Source of the DNA: Octopus vulgaris
Lineage: Eukaryota
Reading direction: 5' to 3'
Assembly: GCA_951406725.2 (NCBI GenBank)
Contig: OX597838.1
Location: 25,048,001 to 25,112,000 of the forward strand
DNA length: 64,000 nt
Both the position numbers and the translations under genes were made by a program. The notes beneath the pieces are model-generated. The model saw nothing but the letters and a program-made list of their open reading frames with translations. It made no database searches and had not been told where the DNA came from. This document shows positions 1 to 11,711 of this stretch, one piece after another. Position 1 is the first letter of the stretch, and each line of letters opens with the position of its first letter.

Positions 1-8
1 AGCCCGTC

Positions 9-47
<39 letters not shown>

Positions 48-52
48 ACACA

Positions 53-220
53 CATACGATAGACTTCTTTCAGTTCCCATCTACCAAATCCACTCCCAAG
101 GCTTTGGTCGGCCCAAGGCTATAGTAGAAGACACTTGCCCAAGGTGCCACACAGTGGGACTGAACCCAGAACCATGTGGTTGGGAAGCAAGCTTCTTACC
201 ACACAACCACGCCTGCGTCT
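53..220 (-). mobile_element. SINE family A, 5' half
   Basis: Reverse complement of the family A head and body (GGCGTGGTTGTGTGGTAAG...GGTTCAGTCCC...CCTTGGGCAAGTGTCTTCTACTATAGCC) seen in many copies across the window. Confidence 0.85.
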
Positions 221-245
221 ATATCATGACCTGCTTTCAGTTTCT

Positions 246-1043
246 TTTCTACTCTAGGCACAAGGCCCGAAATGTTTAGGGAGTGGCTGCCAGATCGATG
301 TTTAGATCGACCCAGTACGCAACTGGTACTTAATTTATAGATGCAGAAAAGATGAAAGCATCGTCGATCTCGGTGGAATTTGAACTCAGAACATAAAGAC
401 GGACGAAATACCGGTAAACACTTTGTCTGGAGTGCTAGTATTTCTTATTTCTTTATTGCCCACAAGGGGCTAAACATAGAGGGGACAAACAAGGACAGAC
501 AACGGGATTAAGTCGATTACATCAACCCCAGTGCGTAAATGGGGCTTAATTTATCGACCCCGAAAGGATGAAGGGTAAAGTCAACCTCAGCGGAATTTGA
601 ACTCAGAACATAAAGACAGACGAAATACCTATTTCTTTATTACCCACAAGGGGCTAAACATAGAGGGGACAAACAAGGACAGACAGGTATTAAGTCGATT
701 ACATCGACCCCAGTGCGTAACTGGTACTTAATTTATCGACCCCGAAAGGATGAAGGGTAAAGTCAACCTCAGCGGAATTTGAACTCAGAACGTAGCGGCG
801 GACCAAATACCTATTTCTTTATTATCCACAAGGGGCTAAACACAGAGGGGACAAACAAGGACAGACATAGGTATTAAGTCGATTACATCGACCCCAGTGC
901 GTAACTGGTACTTAATTTATCGACCCCGAAAGGATGAAAGGCAAAGTCGACCTCGGCGGAATTTGAACTCACAACGTAACGACAGACGAAATACGGCTAC
1001 GCATTTCGCCCGGCGTGCTAACGTTTCTGCCAGCTCGCCGCCT
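246..1043 (-). mobile_element. SINE family B tandem multimer (one head, four body/tail units)
   Basis: Four units containing variants of ATCGACCCCGAAAGGATGAA. Flanked by a 19-bp direct repeat TGACCTGCTTTCAGTTTCT at 227-245 and 1044-1062. Confidence 0.9.
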
Positions 1044-1124
1044 TGACCTGCTTTCAGTTTCTGTCTACCAAATCCACTCGCAAAGCTTTTGTCGACCCAA
1101 GGCGTATAGCAGAAGTGATTCGCC

Positions 1125-1347
1125 AAGGCGGCGAGCTGGTAGAAACGTTAGCACGCCGGGCGAAATGCGTAGCCGTATTTCGTCTGCCGTTACGTTCTGA
1201 GTTCAAATTCCGCCAAGGTCGACTTTGCCTTTCATCCTTTCAGGGTCGATAAATTGAGTGCCAGTTTCGCACTGGGGTCGATGTAATCGACTTAATCTCC
1301 TTGTTTGTCCTCTCTGTGTTTAGCCCCTTGTGGGCAATAAAGAAATA
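1125..1347 (+). mobile_element. Full-length SINE family B inserted into a family A copy
   Basis: Head AAGGCGGCGAGCTGG, B-box-like GAGTTCAAATTCC, core GTCGACTTTGCCTTTCATCCTTTC, tail GCAATAAAGAAATA. 14-bp TSD AGAAGTGATTCGCC at 1111-1124 and 1348-1361. Confidence 0.92.
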
Positions 1348-1541
1348 AGAAGTGATTCGCCCAAGGTACCATGCTGTGGAGAACTGTACCCGGAACAATA
1401 TGACTGTGAAACATTTATATAAACATAAACATATGCAAAAATATAAACGTGCACATTCACGGAAGCTGCTCCGCCTGCATGTATCAAAAACAATTTACTT
1501 AACTTTCTCCAGACACGCACGCATGCGAACACACACACACA

Positions 1542-1579
<38 letters not shown>

Positions 1580-1724
1580 TACACACACACATTCAATCAC
1601 ACTCCACTCTCCCTCAACCTGACATCCCACTGTACACACGCAACACCCAACCTTCTCCCGATCAACAACGCAACCATCTTAGCCTGCCCTCATCACACAC
1701 ACACACACACACAGCGCAACGTCA

Positions 1725-1760
<36 letters not shown>

Positions 1761-1911
1761 CCACCCCACCCCCCGTCTCCCCCTACTCTCTCTCACTAAA
1801 TTCGAACACATTCATGTCCCACTCACACTACACTCTACCCTCACCCAGTCATCTCAACAACACGTTTTGTCTATCCTAAACATAAACACACAAACGCCAA
1901 AAGCCCAACCC

Positions 1912-1971
<60 letters not shown>

Positions 1972-2348
1972 ACACACACTCACAACAGAAAAAAAAACCC
2001 GCCAGTCCAGATGTATAAGAGATTCTCAAAGAAACACTGGCTCTTTCTTTATTGGTCCACATTAAAGAAACTTGGCTGCAATGACGTTGTTTAACGATAA
2101 CTTATACACACTCACACACGAACAATCTCAGGGTGCATAGATACATGCAAATATGCACACAGATGCAGACGCATATACGCAAATAGTGCACAGACATGTA
2201 ACATATACGAACCCGTACGCACAATAACAAACACAAAGATACGCAATAACACACACACACACACGCGATAATACGTAGATACGCATACAAACACTTTTAT
2301 GGGCGTAAAAGTTTAATTTTCCGAATTAACAAAACATATCTAGTGCCA

Positions 2349-2380
<32 letters not shown>

Positions 2381-2714
2381 GATTGTTCACACTCTCACAA
2401 ACAGATACATATACAGCGTAGCAAAAACAACACATAAAAAAAAAAAACTTTCAGACACACTCACACACATACAAACTGCCCTCACTTCCGCGAATCCCAA
2501 CATAAAAAAAGTACACGACGTAAATAATAAAAAAAGCACTTTTCACGCACAAGCGTATACGTAGACTTTCATACACACACGTAAAACTGTTCTTGCTCTC
2601 ACAAACATTACGCACCCCCCACCCCAAAAAAACCCACTTTCAGACACACACACTTGCGCACGCGTATATAAATGCAACCACACTCATTCTCACAAATACA
2701 AACACACACACACA

Positions 2715-2751
<37 letters not shown>

Positions 2752-3059
2752 TTAACCTTTCTAATATTGTTTTCTGCTTTTTGGGTGCGAGTGTGTGTGT
2801 AGGTCAGTCCATATCTACTTCTCGTGCAAAAAAATGGGTTCGAAAGTTCAGTAAATATTTAAATATTTTTGCGTATACAAAGAGGCACGGGCGTAGCTGT
2901 GGGGTAAGAAGCTTGCTTCCCACCCACATAGTGTCGGGTTCAGTTCCACTGCATGGCACCTTGGTGAAATGTCTTCTACTAGGGTCTTGGGCCGACCAAA
3001 GCTTTGTGAGTGGATTTGGTAGAAAGAAACTGAAAGAAGCCCAGCCCATCATATATACA

Positions 3060-3689
3060 CAGGGTGCAATGGATAAATTATCGCGATTTTATATTTTTAA
3101 TTTCGTGCATGTGCATTGTTCATTTTTCATTTTGTCCACTGCACAGTATCATAGGGTCAGTTGGGCACTGTCTGCAACAAAAACAGCCCCAGAAATTTGG
3201 AAATGACATGTAGTACTGCTTAGTATTCACACCAGAAGCGCCTATATGAACACTTCAGAGTGTTTGGGCGTCAATCTGAGGTCAGTGCAGTCTGAGGACA
3301 TGTACCAAGAGTCATAAAAAAATCAAACATTCAGTCAACATCATGATGTTAGGAATGATCACTAGTGATGGTAACATCATGCCTCCATTCATCTTCCCAC
3401 ATGGCCTCAGACTCAACACGGAGGTCTACCCAAGTGCCTGGAGGAGGTAGTGCTGCTGTGAGTGAAGAGGGTGGCTGTTGGGAGACCTCTGTCTAGCAAC
3501 AGGACTCTGCACCATGCCACAATTTCTGCGACCACATCATCCCTAATATCTGGCTACCTAACTCCCCAGACTGTAACCCCCTTGATTATGTGCCGGGTGC
3601 AGTTATGTGAGAGACCAACAAAACTACTTGCAACACCAAAGATGAACTGAAGGCAAGGATTATGGCAGCATTTACCAACTTAAATAAGT
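3060..3689 (+). pseudogene. Degenerate Tc1/mariner-superfamily transposon (maT/DD37D-like transposase remnant)
   Basis: CAGGGTG left end. Manual translation gives MMLGMITSDGNIMPPFIFPHGLRLN, QQDSAPCH, WLPNSPDCNPLDY and NTKDELKARI, with stops and frameshifts. These are the catalytic D motif and the WPPNSPDLNPLD-type motif. Confidence 0.85.
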
Positions 3690-3772
3690 CAACAATAAAC
3701 GATGAGGTATAATATTACAGGAAAGGGTATTGTGGTTAATTGATTTCATTAAAATTATTTTTAATTACCATA

Positions 3773-4167
3773 TAGGTGCAGGAGTTGCTGTGTGGTAAGT
3801 AGCTTGCTTAACCAACCACATGGTTCCGGGTTCAGTCCCACTGCGTGGAACCTTGGACAAGTGTCTTCTACTATAGACTCGGGCCAACCGAAGCCTTGTG
3901 AGTGGATTTGGTAGACGAAACTGAAAGAAGCCTATTGTAGATTCTTATTTATATATATATGTATGTGTTTGTGTGTCTGTGTTTGTCTCCCTACCATTGC
4001 TTGACAACCGATGTTGGTGTGTTTACGTTCCCGTACCTTAGCGGTTCGGCAAAAGAGACCGATAGAATAAGTACTAGGCTTCCAAAGAACAAGTCCTGGG
4101 GGTCGATTTGTTCGACTAAAGGCGGTGCTTCAGCATGGCCGCAGTCAAATGACTGAAACAAATAAAA

Positions 4168-4170
<3 letters not shown>
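3773..4170 (+). mobile_element. Full-length SINE family A
   Basis: tRNA-like head with A/B-box-like motifs, central TA/TG microsatellite, 3' part ending GCAGTCAAATGACTGAAACA. Confidence 0.9.
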
Positions 4171-4216
<46 letters not shown>

Positions 4217-4498
4217 CGTGACCAACCAGGCTATCAGATGTTGCTACACATCGCTGGTCACAATACGCTTCGTATTGTTTTAGCCTTCAAATGACACCAC
4301 ACTGCTGGCTAAACGAGCAGGCCAACAGAAGAAAGAGTGAAAGAAAGTTGTGGTAAAAGAGTACAGCAGGGATCGCCACCTTTAGGTGGGTTGGCATGAA
4401 GAGGGACTTTTTGTTACCATATTCCTGTTGAAACACACTGTCTTTGTTTCTGATAATTTTGAGGACTAAACAGAACAGGAAGTGACACATGGGATGGA

Positions 4499-4546
4499 GA
4501 GTCACTGAAGAGGTCACAGGAGGTGTGACGAAAGATTCTAGACAAA
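4499..4546 (+). ncRNA. Degenerate minimal hammerhead-ribozyme-like motif
   Basis: CTGAAGA at 4505-4511, stem GTCACA/TGTGAC, GAAA at 4530-4533, then GATTCTA. The register is off by one base at the foot of stem II and in stem I. Confidence 0.45.
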
Positions 4547-4639
4547 GGACACTAAAATATGAATAATTATAAAGCTGAAGGGAGGATCAAATATATAGTA
4601 TGTGTGTGTGGTTAATTGGCAAAAAATATGACCATCCCC

Positions 4640-5020
4640 AAATATAGCAATACAAGCAAAATGCACCCCGTCCAATGGATGCTGCTGAGTTGTCAAACAT
4701 TTAAACTAAATCTTTGTTTTTGGTCTCTTAAATATACTGCGTTTTGTGGCATTATTTCAAGCCAGCCAGCTTTTTTTGCGCAAACTGCATGTGCATTTTT
4801 CTCGCGTACGTGTAGTATCAATGGCAACAGCTGATGTACTTGCACGTACAACTGCACGTTCCCACAGCTTTATCGACTGCATTCTCACCTGGAATCGATT
4901 TTTGTTATTTTTCCAAATACCATCGGTATCTACATATCAAATTTGAGCGCAGTCGGATGGAGAATGCCCGAGATCCTAGAAAACACACACAAACAGACAG
5001 ACAGAACGGATTTTATATAA
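4640..5020 (-). mobile_element. Non-autonomous Helitron-like element (5' end toward 5020)
   Basis: Minus strand begins TTATATAAAATCCGTTCTGTCTGTCTG, a typical Helitron/HINE 5' signature. Its terminus TAGAT continues at 5424 after the nested element. Confidence 0.55.
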
Positions 5021-5423
5021 TCTCTATCTCTATATATATAAAGCTGAAGTTGTCTGTGTATTGCAGGTTTAGTAGCCTTCAACTAACACTATCTCTTCTG
5101 AGACCCTGTGGCACAAGTTGACCAAAATTGAGAGTATGATAGAAGAAGGAAGGCTTGCTCTTCATTCTGTAGAAGATAAAATTCAAATAGGACCATGTTA
5201 ACACCAAAAATTATTTACATCAAAAAGGTGCTTTTTTTTCTATCAAAATCCCTATTTTTTACGATTTTTTGACTGCTGTGTCACCATTTTTTGGTGTATT
5301 TCAACCAGAAAAATGTTCACTTAAAGAGAATAACAAGCTACATAATGCAAAATTTTTACTTTCCAAAAATTCCAATTCTAAAGGGTCGAAACAAGCCCGA
5401 GCAACGCCGGGCGATACCACTAG
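5021..5423 (+). mobile_element. Non-autonomous Helitron
   Basis: 5' TCTCTATCTCTATATATATAAAG. 3' hairpin GCCCGAGCAACGCCGGGC followed by CTAG (5420-5423). Inserted between A and T with no TSD. Confidence 0.85.
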
Positions 5424-5776
5424 TAGATAATAAAAAAGAATTTTGATAAAATAAGTTTATCTTTATTAAGCTGATATTTGGATGATGAGTTAACATGAAA
5501 TTTTGATTGCAGGCTTTAATGTAGATTATTTAACCATTTTGTTAGGATCTTACTTCAGATCATTTTAAAGCATGAAGTTTATATCATAGATCTAAATTAA
5601 AATCTTCCACCAGCTTATTCTTCATTATTTTCAAAGTTAAATTAAACAAAAGCAGCATATTTCAACAGAAATATGATTATAAAATGGTTAAAGATACTTT
5701 CCTCCCTCAGTTCCAACCAATCTCGGAAGTTCTGTAGAGGGTCATTGGCACAAATATCCCTCTTGTGTATAAGATT

Positions 5777-5969
5777 GACTGCGACCATACTGAAGCACTG
5801 CCTTTTAGTCAAGCAAATCGACACCAGGATTTATTATTTAGAAGCCTAGTACTTATTCTATTGGTCTCTTTTGCCGAACTGCTAAGTTACGGGGACGTAA
5901 ACACACCAGCATCAGTTGCCAAGCGATGTTGGAAGGACAAACACAGACACACAAACATATACACACACT

Positions 5970-6001
<32 letters not shown>

Positions 6002-6175
6002 CACGCACATATATTACAATGGGCTTCTTTCAGTTTCCATCTACCAAATCCACTCACAAGGCTTTGGTCAGCCCGAGGCTATATAGTAGAAGACACTTGC
6101 CCAAGGTGCCACGCAGTGGGAATGAACCCAGAACCATGTGGTTGGAAAGCAAGCTACTTACCACACAACCACTCC
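5777..6175 (-). mobile_element. SINE family A
   Basis: Near full-length reverse copy with central (TA)n. Confidence 0.85.
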
Positions 6176-6829
6176 TTTGCCCTTAAATAAACAAATAAAA
6201 CCATGCCTTATCTAAAGCTGTTTAACAACAATGGCAACATAACTCTGGTTGTTAGACTGAGTCTTCTTCATAAAATTATTGAGCCAGGATGTATATAACA
6301 AAATTATTGAGCAAAGATGTATATAATAAAATACCTTGTTAAAGAAGACTATAGAATTTGACTTATCATAGCTGAATTTCCATCTCACGACTTAAGTTTC
6401 ATGTCATTTCAATCTTTTGGCAAGAGGCTACAACTTGGCTTTCGCGGTATATTTATATTCATTGAAGGAATTGTGATCTCATACCTGTGCTTGTTCATTG
6501 GTTTGCATTGATGTTACCAAAACCAGATTTGTAACAGTTCTCACCTAAAGATCACAGTGGCATGAAACTCAAGTTATGAGATAGCAATTCAGTTTCGATA
6601 GACCATGAACTCTACAACTTGCATCAAGCACTCCTCTCTCATTCATCTGACAAATTTCAATATTGGTTTATGTGTGTGTATTCATATATATGTATATAAC
6701 AAACTAAGAAAAGAGATTCTGTGTGGTCATTCAACATCATATAAACGGCAGCTAACTGGCCCTCAAAGCACTCACTGCCATATTACATAATTATTAAAAG
6801 ACACACTGAACAATTTATTCTCTCTTTTG

Positions 6830-7160
6830 CCTCCCAACCACATGGTTCTCGTTTCAGTCCCACAGCATGGCACTTGGGCAAGCGTCTTCTACTACAGCCC
6901 TAGGCTAACCAAAGCCTTGTCTGTGGATTTGGCAGACAGAAACTGAAAGAAACCCATCATACATATGTGCATCTTTGTGTCTGTGTTTGTCTCCCATCAC
7001 AACTACCACTTGACAACCAGTGTTGGTGTGTTTACATCCTCGAAACTTAACCAGACTTAAAAAGACAAAACTAAGTCCTGGGGTCAATTTGACCGAAGGA
7101 AATCTTTGCAAAGAGGTGCACCAGCATGGCTGTAGTCAAATGACCGAAACAAATAAAAGA
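6830..7160 (+). mobile_element. SINE family A (diverged)
   Basis: CCCAACCACATGG...AAAGCCTTG...GTCAAATGACCGAAAC. Confidence 0.75.
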
Positions 7161-7302
7161 TACATAGTAAAAAAAACAACAAAAAAGGGAGGATGGACTG
7201 CCTTTGATCATCATTTCTTCCTGACCATGGCTAACCCATGGGGATGAACAACAACAACAAAAACAATAGCAATATAACAGGTAAGACAAAAAAAATACTT
7301 AC

Positions 7303-7305
7303 ATG
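7303..7305 (-). other. Candidate 3-nt microexon (CAT)
   Basis: Minus strand reads TTATTCTGTTTTTTCTTAG-CAT-GTAAGTAT in non-repetitive sequence. Motif evidence only. Confidence 0.3.
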
Positions 7306-7561
7306 CTAAGAAAAAACAGAATAACACTAAATATAATTGCAATGATATCCATATTAACGAACTCCAATAACGAGACAAGGACATTTGTGATATAAATTTA
7401 TGTTGTTGCGGCTGTCGTTTGTTCTATCTTGTCTGTCCCCCTGTTGAAGACTCCTATTTTGACAATGATCGTTATTGATAACTGAATGGGAACAATTAAA
7501 AATGAATGTAATCTTTGCTTGAATATGAGAGAAATGATTGGTTAATCCAGTACAAAACAAT

Positions 7562-7608
<47 letters not shown>

Positions 7609-7679
7609 AGATTTAGGGTAACTTTAATCTTGACTCATCATCAGACAGTTATAACAATTTCACGTGCACGTGCACAAAT

Positions 7680-7857
7680 GTATATACACAGATACATATA
7701 CAGACACACACACACTCATATATGTATACATACACACACATATATATATACATACACACACATATATATATACATACATATATATATATACATACATACA
7801 TATACATATATACATACATACATATATATATATACATACATACATATATATATATAC

Positions 7858-7904
<47 letters not shown>

Positions 7905-8300
7905 TACATCTACACATACACACACATATATACATACACGCACTTATAATTACATACACACACATACATATATACAAACACACATATACATACACGCACT
8001 AATACATACATATACACACAACACACACACATATATACATATACATACACATATACACACAACACACACACATATACATACACACACACGTATATAAACA
8101 CACATACTTATACATATATACATATATATACACACAACACACACACCCACATATATATATACACACACTTATACATACATACACACACACAATTATACAT
8201 ACATATATACACGCATATACACACACACACACACACTTATACATACATACATACATACATACACACATGCATATATACACAAACACACACATGTATATAT
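7680..8300. repeat. Compound (TA/CA/TACA)n microsatellite
   Basis: Direct reading. Explains the HIYT/YICMV-type ORFs here. Confidence 0.95.
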
Positions 8301-8324
8301 ATTCTTTTATTCATTTACTCTATT

Positions 8325-8570
8325 ACTTAACACACCGGCATCAGTTGTCAAGCGACGGTGGGAGGGGGGACAAACACAGACACACAAACATATATATATA
8401 TTCGAGGGGCTTCTTTCAGTTTCCATCTACCAAATCCACTCACAAGGCTTTTTTAATTGGCTCGAGGCTATAGTAGAAGACACTTGCCCAAGGTGTCACG
8501 CAGTGGAACTGAACCCAGAACCATGTGGTTAGTAAGCAAGCTACTTACCATACACCCACTTCTGTGCCTA
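8325..8570 (-). mobile_element. SINE family A (partial)
   Basis: Reverse copy of head and body. Confidence 0.8.
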
Positions 8571-8696
8571 GAAATGAAATTATTGTGCACAGTGCTCAGG
8601 TGCACTACAACTCATCAAAGGTGCACACACTGTGCATAGAATTATGGACAAATGTCAGGAAAGTGAACAGTATATGAGTGATGATATATATGTATG

Positions 8697-9050
8697 CATG
8701 ATTCCGGGTTCAGTCCCACTGCGTGGCATCTTGGGCAAATGTCTTCTGCTATAGCCCCGGACCGACCAAAGCCTTGTGAGTGGATTTGGTAGACGGAAAC
8801 TCAAAGAAGCCCCTCGTATATATGTATATATATATATATGTGTGTGTTTGTGTGTCTGTGTTTGTCCCCCTAGCATTGCTTGACAACCGATGCTGGTGTG
8901 TTTATGTCCCCATCACTTAGCGGTTCGGCAAAAGAGACCGATAGAATAAGTACTGGGCTTACAAAGAATAAGTCCTGGAGTCGATTTGCTCGACTAAAGG
9001 CGGTGCTCCAGCATGGCCGCAGTCAAATGACTGAAACAAGTAAAAAAAAA
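8697..9050 (+). mobile_element. SINE family A (5'-truncated)
   Basis: Starts at CATGATTCCGGGTTCAGTCCC with a complete 3' part. Confidence 0.85.
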
Positions 9051-9060
9051 AATACTCTGT

Positions 9061-9394
9061 GACCCCCTTTGGTCATGAATGACGATGGGATTGCACCTAG
9101 AAAGTTACCCTTCCAGGCACAAGTCTGGGCAAGGTTGTTTATGGAAGACCAGCAGTCGCCCATGCATACCAGCCTCCCCTCTCCACGCCACTGATGTTAT
9201 CCGAGGAGAAAGCAAAGGTTGATACAACTTGGCACCAGTGATGTCACAGCCCTTTTCTACAGATGATGGAAATGGAGCAACGTGAAATAAAGTGTCTTGC
9301 TCAAGAACACAACACGCAGCCTGGTCCAGGAATCGAACTCACAACCTCACGACCGTAATCTCAACACTCTAACCACTGAGCCATGTGCCTTCAC
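9061..9394 (-). mobile_element. SINE family E (tRNA head plus conserved central domain)
   Basis: Minus strand GTGAAGGCACATGGCTCAGTGGTTAGAG...GAGTTCGATTCC...GTGTTCTTGAGCAAGACACTTTATTTCAC. Related copies near 11258, 11556, 39241 and 49931. Confidence 0.85.
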
Positions 9395-9585
9395 ATATAT
9401 AAATACACGCATACACACATACACACATACATAATTGAAGCACAAATAAAGGTTACAAACCTCATTGAGGGATAGCAAAATCCCATAAAAGTACAGGTTA
9501 GTTACCTATACAATAAATATTGAACATTACAGTTAATACTCAGATAACTATATAAACCATGGTTTATATATATTTATTTATTATA

Positions 9586-9755
9586 ATAAGATGAGAAAAT
9601 AGAGAGATAATTAATAAATTATTATTGATTAATTAAAAAATTAATGAACATCTGGTCATGGGAAACAAGAAGAGGGTTAGCAACAGGAAGGGGTGTTTGT
9701 TAATTTTTTAATTAATAAATAATAATTTATTAATTATCTCTTTATTTTCTTATCT

Positions 9756-9759
<4 letters not shown>
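9586..9759. repeat. Fold-back inverted repeat (~65-bp arms)
   Basis: GAGATAATTAATAAATTATTATT...AATTAAAAAATTAA (9586-9650) is the reverse complement of 9694-9759. Confidence 0.85.
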
Positions 9760-9792
<33 letters not shown>

Positions 9793-9800
<8 letters not shown>

Positions 9801-10102
9801 ATCACATGACCGACCAGGGCATCAGATGTTGCTACACATCGCTGGTCACAATGCGCTTCACATTGTTTTAGCCTTCAATGACGCCACCCCGCTGGCTAAG
9901 CGAGCAGGCCAACAGAAGAAAGAGTGAGAGAAAGTTGTGGTGAAAGAGTACAGCAGGGATCACCACCACCCCCTGCTGGAGCCTCGTGGAGCTTTAGATG
10001 TTTTCGCTCAATAAACACTCACAGCGCCCGGTCTGGGAATCGAAACCGCGATCCTGCGACCGCGAGTCCGCTGCCCTAACCACTGGGCCATTGCGCCTCC
10101 AC
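9793..10102 (-). mobile_element. Full-length SINE family D inside (TA)n
   Basis: Minus strand GGCGCAATGGCCCAGTGGTTAGGG...GGTTTCGATTCCC tRNA-like head, tail GTGATCACGTGAT. 3' fragments at 4212-4380 and 12720-12840. Confidence 0.88.
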
Positions 10103-10547
10103 ACATATATATATATATATGACTGTGTAAGTGTGCTAAAAGTGTATTTTCATTTACCTAGTTAGATTTGCAATACACGCGGTATTCGGTTTATTTATTT
10201 ATTTTATTTTTTTGTTATCTGCTTATCAGAATGACAGTTGTATAACTGGTAGCACTGGGCTGGTCGGGCCAACCTAGTTAACCTGAATGAACACACCTGA
10301 TAGGTAAAGCTGACCTTGCTCACCTGGAAACTCTGGGGTATTTCTGTTCAGCTGCATGCCATTGTGGTTTGTATGTCTCCAACAATTTAAGAGAATAATT
10401 GATAAACTATGAAAGGAATTCAATTGACAAAAGTTTTGTCGAAACCATTCTTGCTATGGATGTATGTATAAAGGCGAAGTAAAGACGATATAGAATATAT
10501 AAAAATTTGCATGATATGCATTTTGGTATTTCTATACAACAAAAACT

Positions 10548-10583
<36 letters not shown>

Positions 10584-10596
10584 GCATTTATATATT

Positions 10597-10636
<40 letters not shown>

Positions 10637-11257
10637 CACATATATACAAATATATAGATACATAAATATATATATATACATATATAAATATATATATAGA
10701 TACATACAAATATATATATACATATATTTGTATATATATACATATATACAAATATATATATACAATACAAATATATATATATACAAATATATATATATAT
10801 ATACATATGGCGGTGCCCCAGCATGGCCACAGCTCATAGGCTGGAACTGGAATCAATCAATCAATCAATCATACAAATATATATATATATCCACTTATAT
10901 GAATACATACAAACACACACACACACACGACACGAAGATTAAATTTACATCCATTTGAATGAATGTGTGACAAGGTAACAGAATACAGATTAAAGAGATA
11001 AAGTACATCAAGTAGGTGGACACAACAGACATGATACCAGGCCAAGAGTAGCGAGGGAGCATTTGAACAGCCCTTTAAATGAGATAACTGCGAATTGTGT
11101 TAAGAAGTTCCCATTGCAACCGAATAATGATGGGTATGGCCCTATTGCTTGACATACCAGGGGAATTTCACAGTAGGCCTTTGGTTGACCAATAGCATAT
11201 GAGGGGTAAATATATAAATATTGTGCAGATGCCTACCATTTATACATATATATATAA

Positions 11258-11703
11258 GATGCCTGTCTCTGTGGTTAGAGCATTGGGCTTACAATCATGA
11301 AATAGCGAGTTCAACTCCCAGATCAGGCTGTGTGTTGTGTTCTTGAGCAAGACACTTTATTTCACATTGCTCCAGTTCACTCAGCTGTAGAAATGAGTTG
11401 CAACATCACTGGTGCCAAGCTGTGTCGGCCCCTTTGCCTTTCTCTTGGATAACATTAGTGGCATGGAGAGGGGAGGCTGGTATGCATGGGCGACGGATGG
11501 CCTTCCATAAACAACCCTGCCCAGACTTGCACCTTGGAGGAGAACTTTCTAGGTGCAACTCATTTCTACAGCTGAGTGAACTGGAGCGATGTGAAAATAA
11601 AGTGTCTTGCTCAAGAACACAACACACAGCCCAGTCCAGGAATCGAACTCACAACCTTGATTGTGAACCTGACGCTCTAACCACTGAGCCATGTACCTTC
11701 ACA
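11258..11703. mobile_element. Two abutting, oppositely oriented SINE family E copies
   Basis: Plus copy about 11258-11555 directly followed by a minus copy about 11556-11703, sharing the CTTGAGCAAGACACTTTATTT core. Confidence 0.82.
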
Positions 11704-11711
11704 TATAAATG

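Noticed and set aside
2009-2022. AGATGTATAAGAGA resembling the Tn5 mosaic end or Nextera adapter
   Set aside because: Lacks the internal GT and the terminal CAG, so a chance match is likely.
7630-8292. Many overlapping ORFs rich in H/T/Y/I/C/V (also near 10400, 19900, 23400, 33600 and 59400)
   Set aside because: Translations of dinucleotide microsatellites with no domain or splice support.
10030-10102. tRNA-like sequence
   Set aside because: It is the head of a SINE, continuous with the SINE body, with no complete cloverleaf or terminator.
10318-10390. Strong minus-strand donor CAG/GTGAGC
   Set aside because: No convincing acceptor or recognisable peptide upstream.
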